Under the pieces are notes generated by a model that was not told where the DNA came from, ran no database searches, and was given only the letters and a program-made list of their open reading frames with translations. Shown in pieces: positions 1-11,446 of a DNA stretch of 64,000 bases. How positions within the stretch are numbered: the stretch's first letter is position 1; each line of letters begins with the position of its first letter. The position numbers and the translations under genes are program-made. Origin of the DNA: Trichodelitschia bisporula (lineage: Eukaryota); NCBI GenBank assembly GCA_010356995.1, contig ML996696.1, positions 684,364 to 748,363 of the forward strand. Reading direction: 5' to 3'.

Positions 1-1011
1 CGCCTCGCCGAGCTTCTTCTGTGCCTCCTCGAAGTCAAAGTCGATATAGAGGGCCTTGACGAAGTCGGTTAGCGGGTCTGCGTACTCGTAGCCTTCCTGC
101 TTGATCACGCGGACCAAGTCCTTCAGCTGCTTCTGGTAAACGTTGCTGTTGCGGCTGAGTTTGCGGTTTGTGATCACCGCCGCGGTGAGGTAGCGCAGGA
201 TCCAGGGGCACAGCGTCTGGATGGTGTTGATGTAGGCAGGCGAGAAAAAGAGATCCGTCAGGACCTCGCGGGCGGGGTCGTGGTTAAAGAAAGGGAACAG
301 GGACCAGTGAATCAACCAGGTGCGAGCATGCAGCTGGGCCAACGCATTGCTGAACAGCCGCGTGTCGATATTCTCCTTCACCTTCTGAATCTCTTCCATC
401 GTCGGCTCCCACTCAGTAGACAGAATCTCAGACGCGAGCTTGCCCCACGTCGCGGCGGACACTTTCTCGTTGTCGGTGGACTGGCGGTCAGCGACATCGT
501 CACTCTCTGAGGGCTAACTCACCAACACACGGAACTGGTACAGCAGCTCAGCGGCACTCTGGTAGGCACCACAGCTGTACTCAAACTGGCCATAGTCGTA
601 CAGGGCGTTGACCATCTCGAGCGTAACGCCGTGCTGCTCCTTGAGGAACGCCAAGTTGGCCACCTTGTCGCTGCGCAGCTGGCTCACGACATCGGCGTCT
701 TCGAGCAGGCTACGCAGCTTGCTAGTGTCCTCCTCGTACTGCGCACGGCGCCGCAGAACCTCCTCCCGCTTCTTCGTGTACTCGGCCGGCCGCTCCGACA
801 GCCCCTGCAGCTCGCTGTCCAGATCTCCAACGAAGTCGGTCATGTTGGTGTGCTTGAGCAGCTCGAACTTGGTGCGTGTGATATCGGGCAAGGCGTCGCG
901 CTCCGACAGCAGCGGGTACACCAGGTGACGGTCGAGGAAGGGGATCATCTTGGGGAGCAGGTCGTATTTGGCGACGAGGTCGGCCGCCGCATCGGGCTGG
1001 TTGTCGGCCAT
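1..1011 (-). CDS. INT6: Translation initiation factor eIF3 subunit E (Int6); runs off the window at its 3' end
   Basis: N-terminus [20 protein letters not shown], then [13 protein letters not shown] and [14 protein letters not shown] across a 42-nt intron (481-522, GTGAGT...CTGAC..CAG). Downstream exon reads WGKLASEIL and [16 protein letters not shown], which are eIF3e hallmarks. Confidence 0.95.
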
Positions 1012-1271
1012 GTTGGAGATGTAGATGCTGGTTTAGAGGGTGGAGGGTTGTGGAATGCGGTTGCGGTGATGTGGTATCAAGGCGGGGTGGTGGTTTGTCG
1101 ATGGCGGGCACAGGCAAATGTTGCGGGACCGTGTGCGGGCCGTTCGCTAAATTTTCGCCGACGCCTGAAGGCACCCCGGAAACAACGAGCGACGACACCC
1201 CGCCCCTACGATACTTTTCACCCGCCCTCGCCATTCTCGAACCCCACGATCGTTCACTCTTAATTAGGATC

Positions 1272-1757
1272 ATGACGCTGCGCTACTTCATAACTCCCTT
1301 CTTGCGCCCGTCCAATGGGCCCTGTGCGGTCTTCCGTAACTTCTCTACAGCCGCGCGACGGACAGAAGGTATGCAACTTAACATCATTCTTACAACGCTA
1401 ACATATCCAGCTGCTTCTGCACCCACTTCCACAGTTGCTTCCACACCTGCAAATCCGACACCCCGGCAACGCTCAAGTCAAGTAACCGCCTCGCAGCTGC
1501 CCTACTTCGTGGGCCGGTCACCGAGTCGCCAACTCCCCGTGTATACCGACCTCAAGTCCGGCGGGACACGCAAAGAGACGCGCATCCGCAAGATAACCGG
1601 CGACATTCGCGCGCTGCGAGATGATCTGGCGGACTACCTGAAGACGCAGAAGGTCCGGGACGCGGATTGCGTGATCTCCTCCATCAATCAACAGATCGTA
1701 GTCAAGGGGCATTTGAAGCTGCAGATATCTCGATTTCTGGAAGAAAAGGGCTTTTGA
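1272..1757 (+). CDS. IMG2: Mitochondrial ribosomal protein mL49/Img2
   Basis: Motifs LPYFVGRSPSRQLPVY, GGTRKETRIRKITGD and IVVKGH..FLEEKGF. Basic, presequence-like N-terminus. Probable intron 1369-1410 (GTATGC...CTAAC..CAG). Divergent from eIF3e, 260 bp apart. Confidence 0.9.
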   Translation: MTLRYFITPFLRPSNGPCAVFRNFSTAARRTEGMQLNIILTTLTYPAASAPTSTVASTPANPTPRQRSSQVTASQLPYFVGRSPSRQLPVYTDLKSGGTRKETRIRKITGDIRALRDDLADYLKTQKVRDADCVISSINQQIVVKGHLKLQISRFLEEKGF

Positions 1758-1899
1758 TCGATTTTAGTGCACGGATTGCGTGGGCATAGGGCGGCGCAGG
1801 CGGTTGGGTATGTATACTACGGTGGCTCGCTTGAGTCTGACGAAATCACATTCATCGAAATCAAACAGCACTATCTTTCGGTGATATATACAACTAGTT

Positions 1900-2834
1900 T
1901 CACTTTCCACCCTTTGCAATATCAATCATGTACGACACCGCCTGGCTCGTACTGGTTCCTACATACGCCAAATGGGCCGCCCCAATGATGAAGTTGCCTG
2001 TGCACACCTGGTCGCCAGCGGCGCAGTACGTCTTAATCGGGCCACTGTAGCCCTTAATCGGGGCGCCATTGAACGGATCGCCAAAGACAACAACAGCCTG
2101 TTCGTCAGCTCCAGCTCCCAGCAAGGCACCAAGAAACTTACCGCAACCTTCTGCTTCGCCTCCTCACTCGCATACGCCACCCCATTATGCGACACCATCG
2201 CCCCCTCCGAATACCCACTCATAAAAATCTTCGACGTCTTGCACTTCTCCGCCGCCTGGTTGATCATCTCCTTCGCAATCATCCCCCCAGGCAAGCCAAC
2301 GCAGTTATCCCCCGCAATATCCGCACTATACGGCACACCCTGAATATTCCACTGCCCCGGCGCCTTCGCATTGAGACCCGACTGCAGCGCCGGCCCCACC
2401 GTGCTCCCCATAGTCCCCATCTCTGTCGTGCCCCGCGCAAAGAAGAGGATATTCGGCTTACACTGCCCGTTAAACTTGCCCCCGCCAAACTGCCTCTTCA
2501 CCATCCCCCTCTTCTCCCGTTGCGCCTCCACCCCCATTCCCCTCCACTGATCGAGTACCAGCCGCCCAGTCCCCTTCCCGAACCCCTTCCGCCCTCCGCC
2601 GGACCCAGCGGCCTTGGCCGCCTTCACGCCTTCCGGATTGTACTTCGTAATGCACACCCAGCCCTGCGCGTCGCCGCCCTTGGGCTGCGTAGTCGGGAGC
2701 TTGCCCGTCGAGCCAGACAGATTCGCGATCTCGCATGACTGGCCCGTGCACCCTGCGGCCTGGGACATGGTCTCCGCATTCGCCAGAAGGGACGGTAAGG
2801 CGAAGAGGAGAGCGAGAGAGCGCAGAGACGGCAT
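1900..2834 (-). CDS. Secreted cutinase-family (CE5) serine esterase
   Basis: Signal peptide MPSLRSLALLFALPSLLANA, FARGTTEMG, nucleophile elbow GYSEG, then VVVFGDP and CAAGDQVC...HLAY (catalytic Asp/His) after a 44-nt intron (2098-2141). Confidence 0.9.
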
Positions 2835-4209
2835 CGTTGCGGTAGAGACTGAGCGATGAATGAGCGTGTGGTGCCGGACAAACCTGTGAGACGGGTGTAG
2901 ATGCGCGTGGAATGGGAGTAGAAAGAAGCGTGCTCAAGCCTTTTAGCCCCTCTTATCTGCTTACTAGCCGGGCTTGATATACTGCGCGGCAAGGCTCGGA
3001 ACCTGACCACGTATGGTAGCGGGTTAATTGCCCGGCGTCCTTCCCCATTTCAAGAGTATGCTCCGCCGGCGCGCACCCCCGATCAACGACAGGGCTCTCC
3101 CGCATCACAATCGCAGCGCGGCCAGGGAGCATGAGTGACGGAAGGGCGATGCAGGTCATGACGACGATGCGGGGCGAGATTAGACATGGGTCGGGTAGCC
3201 GGCGTTCCGTGGTGGTTGGTCAGGCAGACGCAGGGTGTGCATTTGGATGGAAAGTCTTGCGAGGCCGGTTATGGGAGGATTTGAGGGGTATGAGTGGGAT
3301 TGGTTGCGTGCTGATGAGGTCCGGGGAGGGTATATCGCGTCGGATATTTAGGGCTTAGCACTTTGGGCGCCGTAGATCCGGGGTTCCTGGGCACATACAA
3401 GCCTTGTTTTGACTGTGGTGCTTGTGCCGGTATGCCGTTATAATGATAAGGGTGACATTCTACTAGGTATAAGTGTTGTCCGTTTGAATGCTTCCAGCGA
3501 ACGCCATTTGCACTTTCCCTCACCAAAAAGGACGCCAAAATCAACCATAAGTCAGGTTAAATTCCAGAACTTCGCTGTGGCCGTGATAATGTTCATAAAA
3601 TGATAGGAATGTGAAGTTGACTATTTCCATCCGATAGATAAGAGTTGAGAGACGGCATGATATCAATATACCTGAGAAAGGGGTGAGGTCGTCGTCTACA
3701 GGCAAAGGTTGCGACATGAAGTCTAGCCACCACAGTGGCACGTGAGGTAACATCTTCAATGGAACATATCAGCTGCCGTTGACTCTTCAAAGTCCTGCCT
3801 GATCTAATTAGGAACGGGTACAGAAGTATATAGTCATACTACGGGAGCAAAAATCCGGACTTGGACAGCCACTCACGAAGCATGGCACTGACGACGTCTC
3901 ACGTCCACCAACCTATCGATCCCCTCTGAATACGACAAGACCGAATCACATCCAGAGTCATAAAGCAGTGTCAACGCAAATTCATTACGCCATACCCAGC
4001 TAACGGAACCTTAAAAAACAAAGGTGCCCAGCGGGCAAATCCGCCCGCACACCAACAGCGGCCGTCCGACAGGGCGCGGCGCAGTCAGGCGCACCACCGC
4101 AGCCGTCACACACAATGTACAAGTGTGTCCATCGCCCATCAGCTTCGTGTCAGGATACAGTCTAATCCTGATCCAACGATTTCCAACCACCTCATCTCTA
4201 CTCACCACT

Positions 4210-6812
4210 TTAGTTCTTCTTGTCCGCCGCCTTCTTCGCCATGGTGTTCAGTGCGCTGCCGTTACGGAACCACTCAAGCTGACCCTCGTTGAAGGTGTGG
4301 TTGAGCTTGACGTCGAACGCCTCGCCCTCCTTGGGGTGCACGCGCATGGTAACGGGCTTGCCGACGGCAATATCCGAGATCAGGAGGTCAACCTTGGCCT
4401 CAGGGGCAATCTTGTCGTAGTCCGCGGGGTCAGCAAAGGTCAGCGGCAGCATACCCTGCTTCTTCAGGTTGGTCTCGTGCTGGAGGGATTAGCTGTGGAA
4501 AGGGAAAGAAACGCCAAGAGGAAGCTTACGATACGGGCAAAGCTGCGGACAATGATGGCAATGCCACCAAGATGGCGCGGCTCAAGAGCAGCATGCTCAC
4601 GAGAGCTGCCCTCGCCATAGTTGTCACCACCAACGACCACCCACTGCACGCCCTTGGCCTTGTATTCCCGGGCAGTAGCAGGGACGGCATCCCACTTGCC
4701 AGTGAAGACGTTGAGAACCTTGTTAGCCTCGCCGTTCATGGCGTTGGTCGCGCCGATGAGCAAGTTGTTGGAGATATTGTCCAGATGTCCACGGTACTTG
4801 AGCCACGGGCCGGCCATCGAGATGTGATCAGTGGTCGTCTTGCCCTGGGTCTTGATCAAGATCGGGAGGTCCTTGGCATCCTTGCCGTTCCACGCCTTGA
4901 AAGGCTCAAGAAGCTGGAGACGGTCCGAGGTCGGGGAGACGGCAACCTGAACGGATGCACGGTCCTCGGGAGGAGCCTGGTAGGTGTCCTGGCCGGGGTC
5001 GAAGCCGTTATCCGGCAGGCCGTTGCCAGTAGGCTCCTTGAGCTTGAACTTCTTGCCGTCGGCGCCGGTAAGCTCATCGGTCATAGGGTTGAAGTTGGTG
5101 GTTCCCGCAATAGTGAATGCGGTAACGATATCAGGCGACGCCACGAAGGCATGGGTCTGGGGGTTGGCATCGTTACGCCCGGTGAAGTTGCGGTTGTAAG
5201 AGGAGATGATAGTGTTCGGGGTGCCCTTGGAAACGTCCTTGCGGTCCCACTGACCAATGCAAGGGCCGCACGCGTTGGCCAGCACCATACCGCCAAACTC
5301 CTCGAACGTCTTCAGCTGGCCGTCGCGCTCGATGGTGGCGCGAATCTGCTCGGAACCGGGGGTAACGGTGAACATGGACTTGGCATGGAGGCCGTGGGCC
5401 ATGGCGTCTTCAGCAATCGAGGCGGCGCGAGACATATCCTCGTAGGACGAGTTGGTGCACGAGCCAATGAGGCCGACCTTGATCTCCTCGGGCCAGCCGT
5501 TGGCCTTGGCAGTCTCAGCGAACTTGCTCACGGGGGTAGCCAGATCCGGGGTGAAGGGGCCGTTGATGTGCGGCTCGAGCGTGTTGAGGTCAATCTCGAT
5601 GAGCTGGTCGTACTCGGCACCCTGGTCCTCGTGCAGCTCGTTGGCGTACTCGCGAGCGAAATCGCCGATGGCGGTACGGCGGGTCGCGGCAAGGTAGTCG
5701 TACATGCGGTCGTTGAAGGGGAACAGCGAGGTCGTAGCACCAATCTCGGCGCCCATGTTGCAGATGGTACCCATACCCGTGCAGGACAGGCTCTCGGTAC
5801 CGGGGCCATGGTACTCAATGATGGCACCAGTGCCGCCCTTGACGGTGAGGAGGCCGGCAACCTTGAGGATGATATCCTTCGGCGCGGTCCAGCCGGACAT
5901 CTTACCAGTCAGCTTCACACCGATAACCTTCGGCGCCTTCAGTTCCCACGGCAGGCCGGCCATGACGTCAACGGCGTCGGCGCCGCCCACACCAATGGCG
6001 GCCATGCCAAGACCACCGGCATTCGGGGTGTGCGAGTCGGTACCGATAAGCAGAGCGCCGGGGAAAGCGTAGTTCTCGAGGATGATCTGGTGGATGATAC
6101 CAGAGCCGGGGCGCCAGAAACCAATGTTGTACTTCGCGCAAGACGTCGCAAGGAAGTCATAGACCTCCTTGTTGATGTCTTTGGCACGCTCGAGATCCTT
6201 CGCACCGCCGACCTGAGCCTCGATGAGATGGTCGCAATGGACGGTGGTGGGGGTAGCCACAGACGGCATGCCGGCCGACATGAACTGCAGAATGGCCATC
6301 TGAGCGGTGGCATCCTGGCAGGCGACGCGGTCCGGACGCAGCTTGAGGTACGAGCTGCCACGCTCAATCTCTTGGCCGTGCGGGTCGTCCAGATGAGAGT
6401 AGAGAATCTTCTCGGCGAAGGTGAGCGGGCGGTTGAGGCGGCTGCGCACGATGGCCAGGTTCTCGCTCATCTTCTTGTAGTTGATGTAGTGACCCTTCTC
6501 CCAGTTGGTCATCTCGACCTTCTTGTCGAGGTTGGGCGTGGAGGTGAGGGAGGCCAGGCCACGGCGGCCGAGCTGGGAACGTTAGTGTCAAGTATATACA
6601 TGATTGAGTCTACAGTATGCCAATTGAGACTCAATGGGTGCGATGGAATGTGTAGATATGAAGCGTGCGAGGCGTTGAGGGGCCATGAATAAGCAATTCA
6701 CAGCTCCCTTGACCCCGCACACAGGCGGCAACACATGGGAATGAACGGCAAGAGAGAATATACGTACCACCCGGCGCGCTGCAAGCCGTGTTGTCGACAG
6801 CATTGCGACCAT
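4210..6812 (-). CDS. ACO1: Mitochondrial aconitate hydratase
   Basis: Motifs [55 protein letters not shown] and [12 protein letters not shown]. Introns at ~6573-6767 and 4480-4529. Presequence [15 protein letters not shown]. Confidence 0.98.
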
Positions 6813-7531
6813 GGTTGAAGAGAGGAGGTGGTGGAGAGCTGTAGAGCAAAGGTCGGGGGGGTTGTGGGGAAGAAAAGAGAAGAAGAAGAAGCGGAAGCAA
6901 GATAACCCTCTGGACGAGCGGAGGGTATGAGGTCAAGCGGCAGCGGGTGTGGTGGTTGGTCCGAGCGTTTTTCCTGCGTCTTTTCCGTCTTCTCCCTCGG
7001 CAACGGGTTGATTTGAGGCAGAATGAACAGCACAACGCGATGCAGGTGGACAAGACGAAGATGACCTTTCAATTGATTCCAGTGTGTACATTGTAGTGAA
7101 GACAGCAAGATGCTCTATGACGTCCAAATTCCTCCCAGAGCTCCGCATATTCTTTGTCTGCTCACCTTTGCCGACCCCTCCATCTCAGCCCGCGCATCCC
7201 GTGTGGGGGAGCTGCGCCAGAGGGAGCAAAGAGCTGCGCGACAAGCAATTACTATCATCCCCCGTTGATTGGTCAACACCCTACCCCACGGCACAGAAAA
7301 TTATCACGCACAAATTTCGTGCCGGAACTGCCTCGCTTCAGAATACCCGAAGACATCGCCTCGCCCGTACCGTGCTCCACAGCTCCGGTCCATTTCACCA
7401 GTCACCATACCATCCGAATTTGAGCCTCAGGCTTGTCTAGATCGTAGATCCTTCACTGCTACCACCAGCGGTCTCCAACTGTTGCTTCACCTCCCTCAAC
7501 CCCACAACGCCCTAACCCCAAGACCGCAACC

Positions 7532-7935
7532 ATGCCCGCAATCCGTGGCCCCAAGTCCAAAAAGAAGACGCGTCGCTACACGCGCGACCTCGACGCCATC
7601 AGCGCCGACATCAGCGACCCAGCTCACCTCGCGCGTCACAAGGCCACCATGCACGCCGACGACCTCCCCGCCTTGGGCATGCACTACTGCGTTTCGTGCG
7701 CCAAGTTCTTTGAGAGCGAGACAAATCTCGTTGCACATACGCGGGGGAAGGTGCACAAGCGGAGGTAAGCGGTGTCGTGGTTGTGCTGTTCGTTCCTTGA
7801 AGGCTAATCGATATCAGAGTCAAGCAGCTTGCCGAGGGCGCACATACGCAGCGTGAGGCAGAAGAGGCAGTTGGGCTCCGGACAGATAATGGCACACGGA
7901 CGACCGAGGAGATGGCGGTTGATGAGGAGTTGTGA
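7532..7935 (+). CDS. BUD20: C2H2 zinc-finger ribosome biogenesis protein Bud20/ZNF593
   Basis: TRRYTRDLD..DLPALGMHYCVSCAKFFE...HTRGKVHKRR|VKQL..AHTQREAEEAVG, with an intron at 7765-7817. Confidence 0.93.
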
Positions 7936-8091
7936 TTGACGCTGGTTGATATCAGACTGGTTGCATTGCACGGCGTTATGGCACGGATGGGTCGGACGGG
8001 CACGGCGGAGGACACTTGGCGCATCTACTTTCTAACATCTATCGGGATACACTAGCCCGCTCATGCTGGGCCCAGGAAATGGATATCAGAT

Positions 8092-9158
8092 TCAGTCTTC
8101 ATCATCATCATCTCCGCTGCCCGCGTACAGAGCCGCCATGCGCATCTGCACATAGTCCCACGCGGTAACCGCCTCGAACTTCTTCGGGTTGTCCTCCCCC
8201 CAACACCCAGGCAGCGCCTCGATTACCGTCCCAGGATCCGCCGTCGCGAAATACGGAATCGAGTACCTTGCCGGAATCATATCTTCCGCGTCTTCGGGCC
8301 CGACGACACGATGTACCGCACTACACCAACGCCCATTACTCCACCGCTCCAGCAGATCCCCAACATTAACCAGCACTGCACCCGGCACCGCGTCTGCGGA
8401 ACGCCACCTGCGAGAAACCGGGTCTTGAATCTCCAACCCCCCGATCTCGTCCTGAAACAGCAGCGTCAGGGTGCCAAAATCGCTATGCGCCGCGATACGC
8501 GCTACTTCCGCCTCGTCCTTGCGCAGCATATCCGCCGGTATCGGCGGGTAGTGCAGTAGGCGCAGCTGGAAGAGCGCCTGCGCGTGCTTACGCTCCAGAA
8601 ACCCCTCTTCGAGCCCGAGCGCCAGAGCCAGTGCGCGCAACACCGCCTTCACCACACCCTCGAGCTCGAAGAAGAACCCCTCCATAAACGGCTGGAAGCC
8701 AGGAAGCACGCCCTCCGGCGGCCATATGTTCGGCTGCGTGGCGTCGGCTGGGTTGCCGCTGTCGAAGGACTCTTTGTAGTCTGGCACGGCGCGCAGGGCG
8801 GCGAGCTCGGCAGGCGTGAAGACGTTTTGTGAGAGCTTTTCTACGCCGGGGGCGGAGTAGCCTCTGTGGTGTGAGCCTGAGGGGGGGTGGGGGGAGAGGA
8901 GCTTGGTTGAGGGGGGGAGGGAGAAGAAGGATTTGCTCTGCGGGCGTTAGGTGGGCATTTTTTTGTGGGGGAGAGACGGACCCAGGAGAAGCACGCGTCT
9001 ACCTGCGCGGCGTCGATGCCGTGCGCGGTTAGGTGCGCAAAGCCCACGGTGCGGAAGGCGGCATCGAGGGTTGCTGCGGTGTCTGCCTTCTCGTCGTGTG
9101 AGGCGGTGGGGCAGAGGAAGGGTGCGATGGAGAGTACGGGGATAGAGCTGGGCGGCAT
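8092..9158 (-). CDS. 2-oxoglutarate/Fe(II)-dependent dioxygenase (IPNS/DIOX_N family)
   Basis: N-terminal IPVLSIAPF...AFRTVGFAHLTAHGI, LRLLHYPP, HSDFGTLTLLFQD (HxD), NVGDLLERWSNG..SAVHRV and RYS. Intron at ~8938-8981. Confidence 0.92.
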
Positions 9159-9489
9159 GCTGAGGCTACGGCGTCGATTGATGATGATGTCGGACTGATG
9201 TTGATGTCCACCTGGGCCGAGCGGAGACGGGAGGTGTCACCATCGCGGGGTTGGGGCAGCGGCGGGGTAAGCACAGGACACTGTGGTACGCAGGTGAGGG
9301 TATCCTTGCGCGCATCACCATGGACCTTACCTCATCCAATACAGGTGGCATTCGCCATTTTGACTTTGTAGTCGATTTCTCTCAGTCAGAGTGTCGGCTT
9401 CACCCTACAAACGTGGAAAGGCCCAAGGGCACAGAACTGTTTACAAGTCCTATCAAACGGCCACAAACGCCTCCTTCACGTCACCCACC

Positions 9490-10434
9490 CTACTCAGCCT
9501 CCGGCGGACACTTTTCCGTCTCCTCATGTTCATGATACTCGCACATCCCCCTCAACCACGGCTTACACTCCCTCTCCGCCACCGCCCAATCAAGACTACA
9601 ACTCCCCATCCCCTTCCCCACACACCCCGCACAAAACGCCCGATTACACCCCGCGCACTGACTCCCCGACGCCCCAGGCTTCAATACAGCCTTGCAAATC
9701 TCACACGCCTTCGTCCCCTGCCAACTCAACGGGCGCCATGCGCGGAGCTCATGCCTCCGCAGCGCCGCCCAGCCAGGCCTCTTAAGCTTGCACACCAAAT
9801 CGCGGAGAAACGTCGGATGCCAGTCGTCGGGGTGCGTCGCGACAATATTATCCGTCTTCTTAAACGCAAAGACATCAAGTATGAGCCGGCGCACTGGCGC
9901 ATTGTGCCGCATGGCCTCATACAAGATAAACGTATCCGTTGGCGTCGGCACACTATTCGTCGTCTCCGCCAGCGCGGCAATCTTATCCACCACCGCATTG
10001 CGCAGTCCCTCGACACATAACTGATCCGCCAAAGCGTAGATATCCAGCAGGGTGAAGTACGTCGGCTTGCCGTCCTTGTAGAAGAACGGGTCGCGCTCCA
10101 GTCGGCCCGTGTACATCCACAGCACGACGTGCTCGAAGGTTTTGGCTTCCACGTCGGGCAGGTGCACGGCTTGCGAGACGCCCTCGGCGAAGGCGCCGTT
10201 CAGCGCGGCGGCGAAGAAGGGCGATTGTCTGGCGAAGAGCTCTTTGTGCACGAGGAAGCGTGCGCCTTGTGAGCCTACTATGATGGCGGCGGAGCGGTCG
10301 AAGGTCTTGAAGGCCGTGCTGCGAGGGTTAGCTGAGCTATGGTAGCGGGGAAGGCCTTCGTACCGTAGACAGAGCGTCTTGGGCCGCGCTTTGCGCCCCG
10401 ATGCGGTGCGTGTTAGGTTGCCTGCGTCCAGCAT
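9490..10434 (-). CDS. BTB/POZ-domain protein with a C-terminal Cys-rich (zinc-binding-like) region
   Basis: BTB motif IIVG..FLVHKELFARQSPFFAAALNGAFAEG..VHLPD..FEHVVLWMYT. C-terminal CxxC...CxxC..FCxxC and CEYHEH. Probable 45-nt intron at ~10319-10363. Start codon uncertain. Confidence 0.85.
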   Translation of the reverse strand: MLDAGNLTRTASGRKARPKTLCLRYEGLPRYHSSANPRSTAFKTFDRSAAIIVGSQGARFLVHKELFARQSPFFAAALNGAFAEGVSQAVHLPDVEAKTFEHVVLWMYTGRLERDPFFYKDGKPTYFTLLDIYALADQLCVEGLRNAVVDKIAALAETTNSVPTPTDTFILYEAMRHNAPVRRLILDVFAFKKTDNIVATHPDDWHPTFLRDLVCKLKRPGWAALRRHELRAWRPLSWQGTKACEICKAVLKPGASGSQCAGCNRAFCAGCVGKGMGSCSLDWAVAERECKPWLRGMCEYHEHEETEKCPPEAE

Positions 10435-11446
10435 CGCGGCGGGGAGAAAGGGGAATGTGGATCGCACTCGATCGACAGCGTAACAATGGGCGGTATCCCG
10501 CTCCTCGTATGCAGTTGCGCGGCGTGAGTGGCGGCGCGGTGTGAATAGCAGAGCCGGTACCGTTGTCGTGGTCGGCGTCGTGGACCGCGGTCAATGGAGT
10601 ATCTGCACCCCGCCATGGCAAATGGCCGCGCCGGCGCCTATAAGGACCACAGTACAAAGTTGATGCCGCGGGCGGCGAGGATTGCATTGTTTGACAGGAG
10701 AGTCGCAAGCGGACTGGTTGGGGGCAAGCGGGACAAAGAGGGCTGAAAATGGATGGCATAGGGCTGGGTTGGTGTGAAATCCTCGTGACGGCTCAGAGGC
10801 AACTTGGGTTCAGTTACGAGCTTTGGCTGCTTGTGACTGGGTTCGGTTTGGAGAGTAGTGTGGCGCTTCAAACGGATCTCCCTTGCTTGGGTGTGCTGTT
10901 TGCGAGGTGGAATGTTTGGCTGCTGGAGCGGCTCCCACCCCAAGGAGTTGTTCAAGGCGACAAACCCGTCTACGAACCTGTGGCGGTGCATGTGCTGATG
11001 GAAAGGAAAAGCTAGCCGGCATGCTAGCTTGCATGCCGTCGAATGCGGATGTCTCGTGGCCCTTCTTTGATGTCTCAGCCTTGACACGAGAGAGCTAAAG
11101 CACCATAAGGTGAATGAGAAACTTCCGTGTCACTACTTCTTCTTCTGACGAGGATGAGAATATCAGACCTTAAAGGAATTATGGAAGCGATTCATCGCTG
11201 CCACGCCAGTCGAGAGTGGCCACTCGTTTGGTCTAACCTGGAGTTAGACAAAAGTAAATGCGCAAGTTGTCACAGGGCAAAGGTGAGCTCAGCGTTCAAA
11301 AACGAAATAGGAATTAACTGATCGTCTGGTTTAAGCCTGAACGAGCGACCATCAACCTCAGCTAAGAGGACATTAAATCTCCTTCATAAACATGAAGAAC
11401 AAGGCCAAAAGAGAATATGGATACCGGCACTCGCCAGACCTCAGAA

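Noticed and set aside
4572..6692. 706-aa + strand ORF
   Set aside because: Antisense shadow of ACO1 caused by strong codon bias.
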